Source: Hydrolagus colliei
Lineage: Eukaryota
Length of the DNA stretch: 64,000 bases
Assembly (NCBI GenBank): GCA_035084275.1
Contig: CM068757.1
Coordinates: 7,936,001 to 8,000,000 of the forward strand
Direction: 5' to 3'
Both the position numbers and the translations under genes were made by a program. Under the pieces are notes generated by a model. It ran no database searches. It was given only the letters and a program-made list of their open reading frames with translations, and was not told the DNA's origin. Shown piece by piece: positions 12,812 to 24,500 of the stretch. How positions within the stretch are numbered: the first letter of the stretch is position 1; each line of letters begins with the position of its first letter.

Positions 12812-13197
12812 TTAATAATAATACTGTACTTGCATTTGATATAACACCTCAGCACATCACTATGACGTCTCAAAGCACTTCCCAGAATATACTGTAAAGT
12901 GAATTAATTGAATATTTTGTGAGTGAAAAGCGGTAGCCAATTGTGCACAGCAGTGTCCCATTAATAGTAGTGGATTGAGTAACCAAACTATTATTATTTA
13001 TTTTATCATTTATTTTTGAAAGGATTATTATCCCGGAAAAGGGAATTGTCATTCGACTAACAATTGGGTTCCTACCTACTGTTGGGTAAACAGAGGCATG
13101 TAGAGTAAGGAAACTTAAGTTTTGCCCAGTTGGGGAATTAAAGCCGGATCCTCTTGCTTGCGAGGCGAGCGCACTAACCACTGTTCTATGGTGAACT
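12812..13197 (-). mobile_element. Full-length tRNA-SINE, long variant (extra internal block of about 65 bp)
   Basis: Tail, body, extra block ...gggttcctacctactgttgggtaaacagagg..., then tRNA head gcgagcgcactaaccactg. Confidence 0.88.
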
Positions 13198-14331
13198 TAA
13201 TCCTCCCTGGATTTGTTGAAACCAAGATGAAAATAAAACTCATTTTAAAGCAACCACTTGAACATGGAGCCAGACATTCTGATTTTAACAGTCTCTGAAG
13301 ATTGGTTTGCTCTATCATGTAAGTAGCAAAATCACACCTTCAGTCCTTGCTGGTTCTGTTTCTGAACATGGCAGGACTATAAGCATCAGTCTTTGCTGGT
13401 GATGTTTCTGTATGTGTCCTTGTTGTTCCCGGACACTAGATGCTTTCAGCATGCCTGTCCCTGTCTCTAATGCTTCCTGTTAACCGATCTAAAAACAATT
13501 GATTGAATTAATTAATATAAAGATCACCTTCGCCCTTCAAAACCAGCGGGAAGGTTAACGACACCTGGAGAATCGGCTTTGTGAAGCTACGGAACTATGT
13601 TCTCAAGTTGAAACCAGGAGGCAGTGTAGAATGCAGTGCATTTTGCGCTGCTTAACTTGAAGAATATTTTAAAGAAAAAAAATAGAGAACGGGTCAAGGT
13701 CGAAGCCATTCTTCCCAGGTTTTAGTTTTACTCTTTTCAGGAAGCACAAAAAGAAGAAAGAAAATGATTGTTTAATGGGGGAGGAAGAAGAAAGGTATAG
13801 AAATAAAAGCTGAAACGGAGAAATAAAAGATATGAGAGAAATAACACCCTAAAGAGAAAAAGAGTGAAATAAAAGAAACATTTCCTTTCATTGGGATCTG
13901 GACTGTTACGTAAATGCTGTAATCATTGTTCCCACAATATAGCTTGTATTGAAGGCTATTCTTCTATTCAAGGTATTTATCGGAGACAATGTTTGTACCT
14001 ACTGTCCGACTGAAGAGCACTGGGAGGTTGTGATAGCGTGTGAAATGTGTCAGGATAATTATTACCATGATTGGTTCTAAAGATCCTGGGTGTACAATGC
14101 AAGGATGGTGTGATAATTAGATTTGAAATCCAGAATTAGGCTGAGGGTAGCAGAGCCTGTAATCTCGAAGACAATTGTGCATGCTGCTTTTGTCAGCTTC
14201 CTGCAAATGCCAACAGAGTCCCAACACTGAGCAGTGAGCACAGAGCACTGTCCAAGGCTGGCAGATTATTTCCTGATGCAATGGACTGATCAGCATGTCC
14301 ATGATCTCATTTTTGTGCTTCATTTACAGTA

Positions 14332-14495
14332 TTAAATAATCCTTGCACTTGAAATAGCACCTTTCGGTCGGGAGGACGTCACAAAGTGTTTCACAGGATT
14401 TACTGTAAAGTGTGGTGTCTGTGTATTTTTTACAGCCAGTTTGTGCACTCCAATGTTCCAAAAACAGTCATGAAGTGAATGACCAATTTTATTAT
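14332..14495 (-). mobile_element. tRNA-SINE 3' fragment
   Basis: aataatccttgcacttgaaatagcacctttc...aaacagtcatgaagtgaatgacc. Confidence 0.8.
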
Positions 14496-14524
14496 TCCTT
14501 ATGAATTCAAAATTGGGAGGCGGA

Positions 14525-14662
14525 GAGGGGGAGATTAAAGTTAGACAAATGCTTGAACAAAAGGGAGTATTGAAGGGAATGGGATTGAGGCTAGGTGGCT
14601 CATGAGGAAAAAAAATTAGCGCAGAATGGTCTGCTTCTGTGCTATAAGATTCTATGAATCTA
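14525..14662 (+). mobile_element. CR1 LINE 3' end
   Basis: Ends gaatggtctgcttctgtgctataagattctatgaatcta, the CR1 3' stem plus ATTCTATG repeat. Confidence 0.7.
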
Positions 14663-15396
14663 ACTATGTGATGTTTCTGTATTGAATTGTGACGTAAAGA
14701 ACTCTCTGTTGCCGGAGGTAATTGAAAATTATCTGCAAAATTGTGCAATGAAATTTCAGTACATTGAGTATTGCAAAGGCACTCGGTATTTATTAATGTG
14801 GAACACAAATGAGATTATAGAATCCCTTCTTATTGCCAATAGGTACCTCCAATGCACTTGATAATATTTATTTACAGTGATTGTGATATGTTGTGGCTGA
14901 TGCTGCATGTGATGCTAGGTTTATTACACTTTTTGCAATCAGTCCTGACGTTGGAAAATGAAGCCACGCAATGTCAAAGTGCACTTGACGTACTGCCACG
15001 CAGAGCATCTCCCCCTCAATACTGAGTAGAAATAAACAGTGGCGGGAGTGGGTCTGGCGTTGCAGGTGTCAAAGGGGTTCCATCTCCGTACCTTTATCCC
15101 ACGACAATAACAACTACTTGTGTTTATATTGTACCCAGAGCGCTGGGTAGTCTATCTGGGACAAACTGAATCTCTATCAACCCAAGGCTTGGTTTGATTT
15201 CGCAGAAATGCTCTCGACTGGCAGAAATGTCAGGAGCTCTCACTACCTCAGGTCTGGTTCAGTGAAAGTGGAGTTGTAATGCAAGCAAGCAGCCTTTCCG
15301 TGAACATGGAGAGAGGAACACTTCGCCGTATCAGCCAGAACCCTTTCTTCCCCCACCTCCCCATCCCTTCCAAGATGCAATGCCATGCCCTCCTCC

Positions 15397-15559
15397 ACTG
15401 TTTGTTGGTAAATGCTGTGCGCAATTGGCTGCTGCATTTTGCCCATAAACTATACAGTCAATTCACTTTAGACTACTGTAAATTCTATGAAGCGCTTTGA
15501 GACGTTTCGACGATGTGCTAAGATGCTATATCAAATGCAAGGATGATTATTATTATTAT
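15397..15559 (+). mobile_element. tRNA-SINE 3' fragment
   Basis: gctgtgcgcaattggctgc...aagcgctttgagacg...tcaaatgcaaggatgattattattatt. Confidence 0.85.
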
Positions 15560-15674
15560 CAGGTGCAACTGCCTTTTGCAGTCAATCTCAGCTATACGAT
15601 GTCCCGTGAAGCAGTAGGTGAAGTGGGCTTGAAGGATGCAACACATTGATATTCAAAGAAAGTAATCTTTTCTA

Positions 15675-15793
15675 TTATAATAATAATACTCCTTGCATTT
15701 GATATCGCGCCTTATCACTTCTTCTAGACATCTCAAAAGCAATTCAGAGAATATATTGTAAAGTGAATTCACTGTATATTTTGTGGGTGAAAT
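15675..15793 (-). mobile_element. tRNA-SINE 3' fragment (inverted partner of the previous copy)
   Basis: taataataatactccttgcatttgatatcgcgcc...attttgtgggtgaaa. Confidence 0.85.
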
Positions 15794-16939
15794 CTGCTAT
15801 TAAAATGAGTTAAAACAGTTAATTAGCTAATAATATCACAGTTATAATATACATGTGTATACAGGTATATATATTTTTAAATCCTTCTGTGGACAAAAAG
15901 GAGGCTGTCACTTCGTCTGTGCTTCTCAATCACTGCATATTTACACGTTATGTTCCCTAAACCAACAGCCAACTAAATTGACCCCTTGACTCTGGTGGCA
16001 CATTCCATTAAAAAGGACAGAGCACGAACGAGGATGCAAAAACATTGCATTGGAACTTAGAATCTTGTTAAACCCATGGACATGTTTATTAATAGTCAGC
16101 ACTTTATTAAACCAAAATATGAATATTCATCCTCATTTATTTTTCAAGGCATTTCATTCCACCAGGACTGAGCTGCTTTTTGACCAATTTACTTCCTCCA
16201 TTACCGCAGTGACAGGTTTCACTCCTGGGCCCTGACAGAGGTCTGCGGAATTCACTGTGGGTCCTGAGAGGAGGGATTGAGCTATCTCCCCCAGCTGTCC
16301 ACAAACACTCATTAAGAGAGGCAAATATCCAACAAAATCTCTGTGAGAATTTTTAATCACGTAAAGTCTCTGCTAATTAGGTAGCTGATGGGGCACGAAG
16401 AGCACAAGGACAAATTCTTTAAACAAAGGACTGGAAACTTTGGGAGCTCTAATTACTCGGGCTGAGATTTCATTCCAGAACTTGGGAGGGAATTACTGTA
16501 TTCTACTGATAAAACAAAGTGACACACAGTGAATAGCGGAGTAAAAAGTTCAAGTGTGTTATGTTAGCAGAGCCAGGACCTGTCATCTTCTGTACACAGA
16601 AACCTGTGAAAAGACACAAAAGACACATCATTGATCATGCCAGCCTCGGGTTTTAATCTCTCAGCTCAGTTTGGCCCTCGGTAAACAGACTCCACTGTGC
16701 CGTTCCCTTTTTAGACTTGCTAATGGTACTTTAATTTCATTTAACCCTTTGAACGCTGCAAGGCCCCTACGAACTCCATTGATTTGCATCTGTTCCTACA
16801 GCCTCGTTTGCTGTCTGTAAAACCAATTTGTGTGTTCCCGGAGTGGAATGACATATCATTTGAAAGACAATTTTGTATCCACTTGCAACTGGGTTAAGGC
16901 CGCTCCCTTAAACAACATAGAATATAATCCACTAAGGCG

Positions 16940-17042
16940 AAGGCGGGTAATTGGACTTGAGGTACAGAACAGCAATGATCTAATAGCACGGTGGGACAGG
17001 CTCGAGGGGCTGAATGGCCTACTCCTATTCCCACGTTCTTAT
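16940..17042 (+). mobile_element. CR1 LINE 3' end (shark HER1/HE1-type tail)
   Basis: caggctcgaggggctgaatggcctactcctattcc...gttctt. Confidence 0.8.
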
Positions 17043-18836
17043 TTTCCACTGCCCCCTTAGATAACTTGTTGATCTACAAAATACACAGTCATTACACTTT
17101 ACAGTAAATCCTGCGAATGGCTTTTGAGACATCTTCCTGAAGTGATAGGTGCTTCACCAACCACAAGTATATTTTATTATTATGTAATCAAACACCGTTT
17201 TCTACGGTGTGGGGTTGTGCATATTAAGCAGATGTTCCATTGCGTTAGAGAGATGAAGGCTGTAGAAAGTAAAATGGTTTTAACCCTCAAAATATTAACA
17301 AAGGGGGAAAAACAACAAGATTTAAGGCAACAAATCCAATTTCCAAAACGCTGCACTCTTCATCTCACCAGATGCCAGCAGGAGAGTGACATGAGCCCAC
17401 CGTTATATCGCACCCAAATCCCTCCAGCTGGTTTTTAATTTTTGCTATTTCACTTCAGCTCATAAATGACTTTTGTGAGCTGCTGGGAAAGACCATCTCC
17501 CTCCCCTCAGCAGCCCAGCAAGACTGCTGAGCGCTATTAAGAAATGCTGGGCTCCAGGCTGGAAATACTTCAATGCAAGACAAACTGCTCACTTAAGCAT
17601 CGGCGATGTGGGAGGCACTTTTGATTCCGCTACAATATTTTGGATATTGTGTATCTGAAGATGTTTAAAGATGTTTAATTTAGAAGCTTCCATGGGAAGG
17701 CTATGTGAAGATGGCCTCTGTTTCAACTCTTCACAGTGTTATTGATAAGACGCTGTCAGCTTTACAGTCAGTCTCCTGCTATCTCACATGGTGCCGTCTC
17801 TATCGGTAGCAGCTTAAGCCTTTCTAAGATGTTGTAATTGCTCACATCGTCGCCCTCCCCAGCGGGACTTCAAAGCCTCTTCCAACCACTCTTCCATTGG
17901 CATGGTTTACAGTCCTGATAGAAACAAACATTCCTCTTAGGATCTTGACAAGGCCATCGGCCATCTCGCAAGTCATTTGGAAAATAAACATTTTGTCTCC
18001 AAAACTCATGCGGTATTTTAATATGTTATTGGAAAGAAATGCAATGTTTATTTAAGAAATGTGCCTATCTTTCCACTGGGCTGGAGTCTATTTTAAAGGG
18101 TCGCCATTTTTGTAGCAAAGTTCCAAACTTTTTTTGCACTTGTTTGTACACAATGCAGGATCATGAGACATTCAGAAGACCCTTCGGCCTATTTAATCTC
18201 CCCCTTTGAGAAATGCACTGACTCATTTGCACCTAAAACAATCACAGTGAGAATGAGGCAGGGCTCTTTTTTTCCCCTCTAGAATCAGTAAATATCTTCC
18301 TGACCCTTTTTCTGGGGAGCGAAGGCAATGCCCTTTCTATGGCTGTACACTAAGTTTTCAAATCTTGCACTCATCTAAACAACAGTGAATTGAGGAAATT
18401 ACTTATTGCTTGGTTGGCTTTAAGTACAATGTACAGCCATCAAAAACAAAATCTGCTTTGCACACCTTCAGTTAACTAGCGTTTACACAGTTCTATTATA
18501 TTGCCGCTAGATGTCTGAAGTGTACAATGCAAGGGGCGATGTTCTGTACCATTCACTTAATGGCACCAACATTACTTTTTTTTTCCTCCTACAAATAAGT
18601 TGCAACCTACACCATGGTCACAGCCTGCAGTAGTCGGTGATCAGACTTCATCTACTTCATTCTGCACATAAACTCAGTCAAGCTGATGCCTGACAGATTG
18701 GCAATGGCCAAGACATCGAAGACTGGCTTGTAAACTACTATTCCCCATTGGGTACAAGGACTATAATGCTGGGAGGACTTGAGGAAACCAAAAAAGCACA
18801 GTTTTCCCCCCACCCAATCCCCCACCCAAACAAAAA

Positions 18837-18878
18837 GGTCCACTAGGATTGTTTGAGACCATCTGACTTCAATTAGAA
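18837..18878 (-). mobile_element. LF-SINE-like fragment
   Basis: Reverse complement ...ggtctcaaacaatcctagtggacc resembles 50460-50484 and the recalled LF-SINE GGTCTCAGTCCAGTTCCTAGTGGAC. Confidence 0.4.
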
Positions 18879-19933
18879 CCCAAAAGGTGGCAGGCAGAAG
18901 AGACATTCCTCCTTCCACCTCTCAGTGCTAAAAGGACAATGTTTTAAAGCACTGAATTGCCCAATGTGTTCAAAGTCTCAATAGCATTAGAGAGTGTGCA
19001 TTCATTGCGATGTTTAACGTCCTGTGCCATACTCTGCAAATCCTTCTTAAACAACACATGGCTCGAGTGCAATTTACTACAATGAACAAAGTTCTGGATC
19101 AATATTAATATAGTTGAATCCTGATAAAGGTCTAAAAGCTTTGCCAAGAAATATGGCGCTTGTATCGGGATTCTGCTTGTATCAGGATTTTTATAAATTG
19201 CACATAAAAAAGGCCAATTTGCAAAACTGATTGCAGCACGGCCCATTCAATCAGTCATTCGGCAATTCAGCCCAAACAAGAAGAGTGAAAAACACTTAAC
19301 AAAAACATATTTTATGCTGGAGTAATTAGATATTTGGCAGAGGGATGACTGGGTTTAGAGCTCCATGTGTTAACAACTAGGCAATTGGACAAGATTTTGT
19401 CACTGGGCTTTGTGGCTGAGTACTGCACTAGGATGGAAAGAGTAAATGAGAAGTGGATCTGTACAATTGGCATTCTATGAATCCGAAATCTACCCAGATT
19501 AGACATTCAGCCATCTGAGGTCGATTGTGATAGAGATAACAAATACAATGCTTTTGTCAGAAATCCAGGTAAAAATGATTTTGTTGGAATTTTTTTTAAC
19601 AAAGAAAGATTATGTGTCCACAGCTATAATTTCTCTCTCTGTCTCCATTTGCGATGAAATTTCTCGTTTCAGTGAAAGAGGTGTCAGCGCTGATATGGTG
19701 AGATCTGATTGTTCCACGAAACAACCACAATGCTGGCTCCCATTATAGAATCAACGATTGATACTACACTACAACTTGCACTTGAATAGCTTTCTCCACA
19801 CAGGGTAGCATCTCAGTGTGCATAACAGTGGCGGAGCCTGACTCTGCCACTGTTAGCAACTGCTACTGCACTACTACTTGAATTTATGTAACACTCTTCA
19901 TGCAGGGGAGCGTGCCGGAGGCCTTGAATCACT

Positions 19934-19978
19934 CCCTTCTCATCTCTAGATCTGGGTTCAAATCCAACACAGCACTAA
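19934..19978 (+). mobile_element. LF-SINE-like head fragment
   Basis: ccttt...catctctagatctgggttcaaatccaacacag resembles 50357-50397. Confidence 0.45.
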
Positions 19979-20544
19979 TAAATTATGATCTCTCTGACCC
20001 TCACAAAAGAAATATGTTGTACAGAGATTAATCATGAATTCGAATCATGAAGGTGTAGTTGAGGCGAGGACACTGGACTCATTTAAGAAATGGTTCAATT
20101 CTGTCACACAAGATGATGAGTTACCATTACAGGTGCATTACAGTTACATAACCTAGAGATCGAGCGTAGTCACACATGGTCAAGTGTAGTGACTGTAATT
20201 GTTAGGCGAATGCAACAGGTGAGAGTTCAGTCGTATCTCAGTTCAACTGCTTGATTGGCAGTCGTTGAAATGGTAAGACACAGCTTGTGGTTATTCACTG
20301 TCTCTGTCGCGGGTGGGCAGCACAGACGGCAATCCGAGCAACAAGGGAGAGAGGAAATAAAATAAAAAAGAGGCAATTTTTTATGCAAGTGGGTTGTGTA
20401 GGAGTAGATGTCCTCATTAAGATGATTACAGCAATAAAATACATAAAAGCAAGGGCTTGTAAGATAATAATTATAATTAAAAATTATAATTAGAAACAGA
20501 ATTGTCCTCCTGATTTACTTTGCAACTCGTTGGTTACAAGCGTG

Positions 20545-20817
20545 GAGTGGGGGTTGTGGCTTCTGTTTGGTGCTGGAGGTGAGCTGCGTTGTTGGAAGTG
20601 CCATCCTTTGGATGAGATGTTAAACAGAGGTCCCGTCTACCTGTTCGGGTGGACGTTGGAAGATTCCATAGCACGTCTAGAGAAGAGAAGGGGGTTAGCG
20701 GCTGCATGTTATCAGTCACATGTTATCAGTCACTGCACTTTATATTGTGAAGTGCTTTGAGGTGACCTCTGGGCATGAAGGTGCAATAATATATCAATTG
20801 GTAGGATTATTATTATA
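20545..20817 (+). mobile_element. DeuSINE/SacSINE1-like SINE, internally deleted
   Basis: gtgccatcctttggatgagatgttaaacagaggtcccgtctacctgttcgggtggacg (Deu domain) followed by an L2-type tail. Confidence 0.8.
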
Positions 20818-21427
20818 CCATTTCTTTGCAGTACTAAAATCCCGTCAGGTTTTTTTGGGTGCCATTATCAGTTTTTACATTAATAGTTGCCTGGAAGTTA
20901 ATACAGATGAATTACATGTTGAACAAATGCTTTGGTTAAACTCCAATCAACTATTGGACTGGCTGTTTAATCTCTCTGCTAACAAAGATAATAGCTGGGC
21001 AATGTCAGCGTAATGTCTATAATTAAAACAGTATCTGGAGTGGAATTGGGTTCACCAAGAATACATGGTGCAGACATAGACTTCAACACAGTTGGCGTCA
21101 ATACATTATCGTTCCAATTAGCAAGGAGTACTATTCGGTGTTTGTTTAATGTAATTGCTTGTATGTGTATTCGTGTGTGTGTGTGTGTGTGTTGGGGCGG
21201 GTGGGGGAATATTACACAAGGGCTACTGTGAAAGATGTAGCAAGCTCTAAAAAGTGGCATTCAGCACTGTGCACAGGCCTAAAACATAGTAGCAGTTTGT
21301 TTTTCCAATCTGATCGAATGCTTTAAACGTTAGTGCTGAGTTTTTGTTGGTTCTCAGCTGGCGCTGCATGGAGGGGCTAAATTGGCCCTAACTCAATCAG
21401 TACTATTCTGGTTCCGTCTAGAAAAAC

Positions 21428-21566
21428 ACAAAATACTGTACTGCAGATGCTGGAAATCTGAAACACAAACAGAAGTCGCTGGGAACACTCAGCAGGTCAG
21501 GCAGCATCTATGGAGAAAGGAAAAGTGAGTCAACTTTTTGAGTCAACGACCTTTCGTCAGAACTCA
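21428..21566 (-). mobile_element. Penelope-like element terminal fragment containing a decayed minimal hammerhead ribozyme
   Basis: aaatactg...cagatgctggaaatctgaaacacaaacagaag...ctcagcaggtcaggcagcatc, a shark PLE-type repeat with a second copy at 55922; minus strand has CTGACGA-stem-(G>A)AAA core. Confidence 0.7.
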
Positions 21567-22794
21567 ACTCCCTCCAGATGTGCACCATTCCTGTTGCACT
21601 TTTCAAGACATTCGTTCAACATGAACGCGACTTTATAAGTCCCAATTGTTGTATTGTAGGTTCTCAGCGACCAATGCAATGGCCAGACAATTATTTTTCT
21701 GGAATATTCTCACCTGGAAAATCTGCGCATATTTAGCGCAGCATTAAAAAATACAGAGCAGCCTCCTTTCATATACAGCTCTGCAGAGCAAGCTCAACCT
21801 CAGCAGAGAACCAAGAGCCTTTTTCTACACAAGGTTTCCTATATCTAGCCTCACTTTTAAAATCGGCCAAGGCCTTAAACTTCACCCTCCAGCCAACACA
21901 TAGTCATTTAACCAGCCCAGCTTCCTACTGTGTCACATGCTGCAGAGACCAAAGAGGCTGTAACCCTGTGTCAGTTCCATTAAGACTGCAGCCATTAACA
22001 ACCGTAAATATTCCTTTATATTAAAAAAAATGAAAACCACCTTTGAAAAAACTTTAGAAATAAAAATGATTGAAAACAGTCACAGGCATAAATAGAAAAA
22101 AGCCCATTGCAGTCCAGTCAGTGGAGAAGACATAGAGTATGGGAGCCAAACTTACTGGACTTGATTTTACTGCTTTAGCGCTCACTGATTTTGGGATGAG
22201 TGGTTCAGTTCTCTTATGAAAGTATTTTCATGTTCAGTGAATCCTTTTGCAACTCGTATAACTTTTAAAAAGGCAGCTTTAAGACAGCTGACAGCTAGCT
22301 CATTGTGAAAATATTTATGCATAACTATATTTGCTATTGAAATAAGATGCCGCGTGATCTTATTCCCAACTTGGAGGGAATTGGCTTTTAACATATTCTG
22401 AGCCTCCTGTTGGATGGAAATGGGTTATTAATAGGTGATTAGTATTCCTTGCAACAGGCCAAAAGGGCACCAGGTCACAATAGGCCATTTGAATACTTGG
22501 CAGCAGCTTTTTCCCCAGTAAAAATAAATATTTTAAGATTAAACATTAAAAATCTAGTGTTGATCCCTTCCTACAAGTAGAAAACGTCCTCTTATCATTA
22601 GCCTTAATACCCCAAACTAGGAAGGGAGAAATCAACCAACTGCCTCTCGTGCTGTTGTTCCCATGCGGTACTGGTAAGTGTTTGTATGTGGGTATTTGAG
22701 ACCCAGAATTTCTCATAGACTTTATCTTAAGAAAAAATTATTTTATGGCAGATTCTCACCCCATTATTTACATCAGAAAACCATACAAAAAATT

Positions 22795-22959
22795 ATAATA
22801 ATAAGTCACTCAATCCATGACTGTTTCTGGGGCACTGCTGTGCGCAATTGGCTACCACGTTTCGCAATTGGCTACCACAGTTAATTCACTTTACTCTGTG
22901 AAGTGCTTTGAGATGCCACAAAGATATGATGAGGCACTGTATCAAATGCAAGGATTATT
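22795..22959 (+). mobile_element. tRNA-SINE 3' fragment with internal tandem duplication
   Basis: cgcaattggctaccac is present twice; tail tcaaatgcaaggattatt. Confidence 0.8.
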
Positions 22960-23574
22960 GTTCCCAAATATATTCGATTAAAGGTATTAAATATTATACA
23001 GTAGAAGCTTGCTACCATTTTTGTAACTAGCTTGATCAGTATTACTTCATGGTTTCTCAAACTCAATTTCCACAGGAAGCCTTTCAAAAACAAACCATGT
23101 ACTTGAAGTCATGCATGATAAGGGCTTGCAGGCTCGCCTCACACAGGAACATAAAGAAACATCGTCCCTTTAGCAGCCATTATTGGGTGGTAAATGTCAT
23201 TCAATCTCATCGCATTAGAACCCAGTCTCCAGAGGAGCTAGTGATTCGGACCTCAACACTACCTAATCCCTCAGCCGCAGAGACATAAAGGTTGCATTTG
23301 TAGAATCAGTTCTGCCTTGTTGCCCTGATCTTCTGCGAAGTCCCTCCAATAAGGCATATCACTTTAAGTTAGAGAATATTGATTTTCTTCCCAACTGCTG
23401 TTAGCCCTTTGCAAACCCTATTTTGTTTCTGACTTAGTCCAAAACTGTTTACAAGATGGAAGCCCAATGTGATGAATGTTCTTAGGTTGCATCTGCAGAC
23501 ATCCAAAAACTATTACTTGAAGCAACTTGAAGTTACTTCAAATGCTTCATTGTTGGAGGTGTTGGTCTTCCAAT

Positions 23575-24056
23575 TAAACATTAACTAAGCGCCTATTCAG
23601 GTTAAGAAAAAGTAGTTTTTCCCAAGTGTCCTGGCCAACTCATTTCCAAATAAACAAATGGTCATTCACTCCATGGCTGTTTGTGAGACATTGCTGCGAG
23701 CAAATTGACTGTTATGCTTGCTTAGTAAACAACAACAAAATTACATTTCTAGAATGCCTTTCACGTCGGGAGTACGTCCCAAGGCGCTGAACAGTTGGGT
23801 CAGGGTTCAAGAAAGGGAGAGGGGCAAGATAGGGGGGAGGTGTAGGAGAGAGTTAGGAGGGGAGGGAGAAAGTTGGGAGGGCAGTAGAAGGCACAATCGA
23901 AGAGGAGGGTCTTGAGATCGGCCTTGAAGGAGGCAAGGGAGGAAGTGAAGCGAAGATACTGTATTCATTGCACTTAACAGTAAATTCTCTGAAATATTTT
24001 GAGCTGTTTTACTGACATAAAAGGTGCTATATCAAATGCAAGGATTATTATTATTA
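23575..24056 (+). mobile_element. DeuSINE-like SINE split by an antisense L2 insertion
   Basis: gtgtcctggccaac...gctgtttgtgagacattgctgcgagcaaattg lies before 23728; the remainder with tail lies after 23956. Confidence 0.7.
23728..23956 (-). mobile_element. L2 LINE 3' end including ORF2 C-terminus
   Basis: Minus strand translates LRFTSSLASFKADLKTLLFDCAFY (L2 C-terminal motif), then a C-rich 3'UTR, stem-loop and (TTG)n tail. Confidence 0.88.
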
Positions 24057-24254
24057 TGTTAAATAGTTGCATTTAAAAAATAAAATGCAATAATTCCATG
24101 CAATTTGACGCCCAGGGTGGTAATTCTTGGCTAAACACAGAAATTGTTATTGGGTTAAAGATCCCTGAAACATTCACAATGGCCAGCTACAACATCAGAA
24201 AGATTATTCTAATATTAACTAGAATGTTACCACTCTGTGCTAAAGACTAAGACA

Positions 24255-24500
24255 TTTGTTTCGATTCTTTTAGAACTTCCAGTTTAGGACTCTGAGTCAT
24301 AAATCTTTTCAGCACACGCCCACTTTGTACTTTATTGTATTCCTTATAGAGTAGTCCCAAATATGGTATACAATGTTGGGAGTTCTGGTGTGACTCAGAA
24401 TTCATACCCAATAATGCATAAGGAATAATTTCATTCAGACGTTTATGATATAAAGTGAGGTGTGTCAATAGTCTTCTGTAAGACCTCTCCTACTCTTTGT
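24255..24500 (-). mobile_element. Degenerate CR1 ORF2 fragment
   Basis: ORF peptide HCIPYLGLLYKEYNKVQSGRVLKRFMTQSPKL resembles CR1 YCVQFWSPYLRKDI..LERVQRRFTRMIPGL. Confidence 0.5.

Noticed and set aside
14332-14808. Longest ORF (158 aa, minus strand)
   Set aside because: It runs across a SINE fragment and an antisense CR1 tail and has no protein-like features
16741-16897. TTAACCC...GGGTTAA piggyBac-like ends
   Set aside because: Inverted similarity does not extend beyond 7 bp
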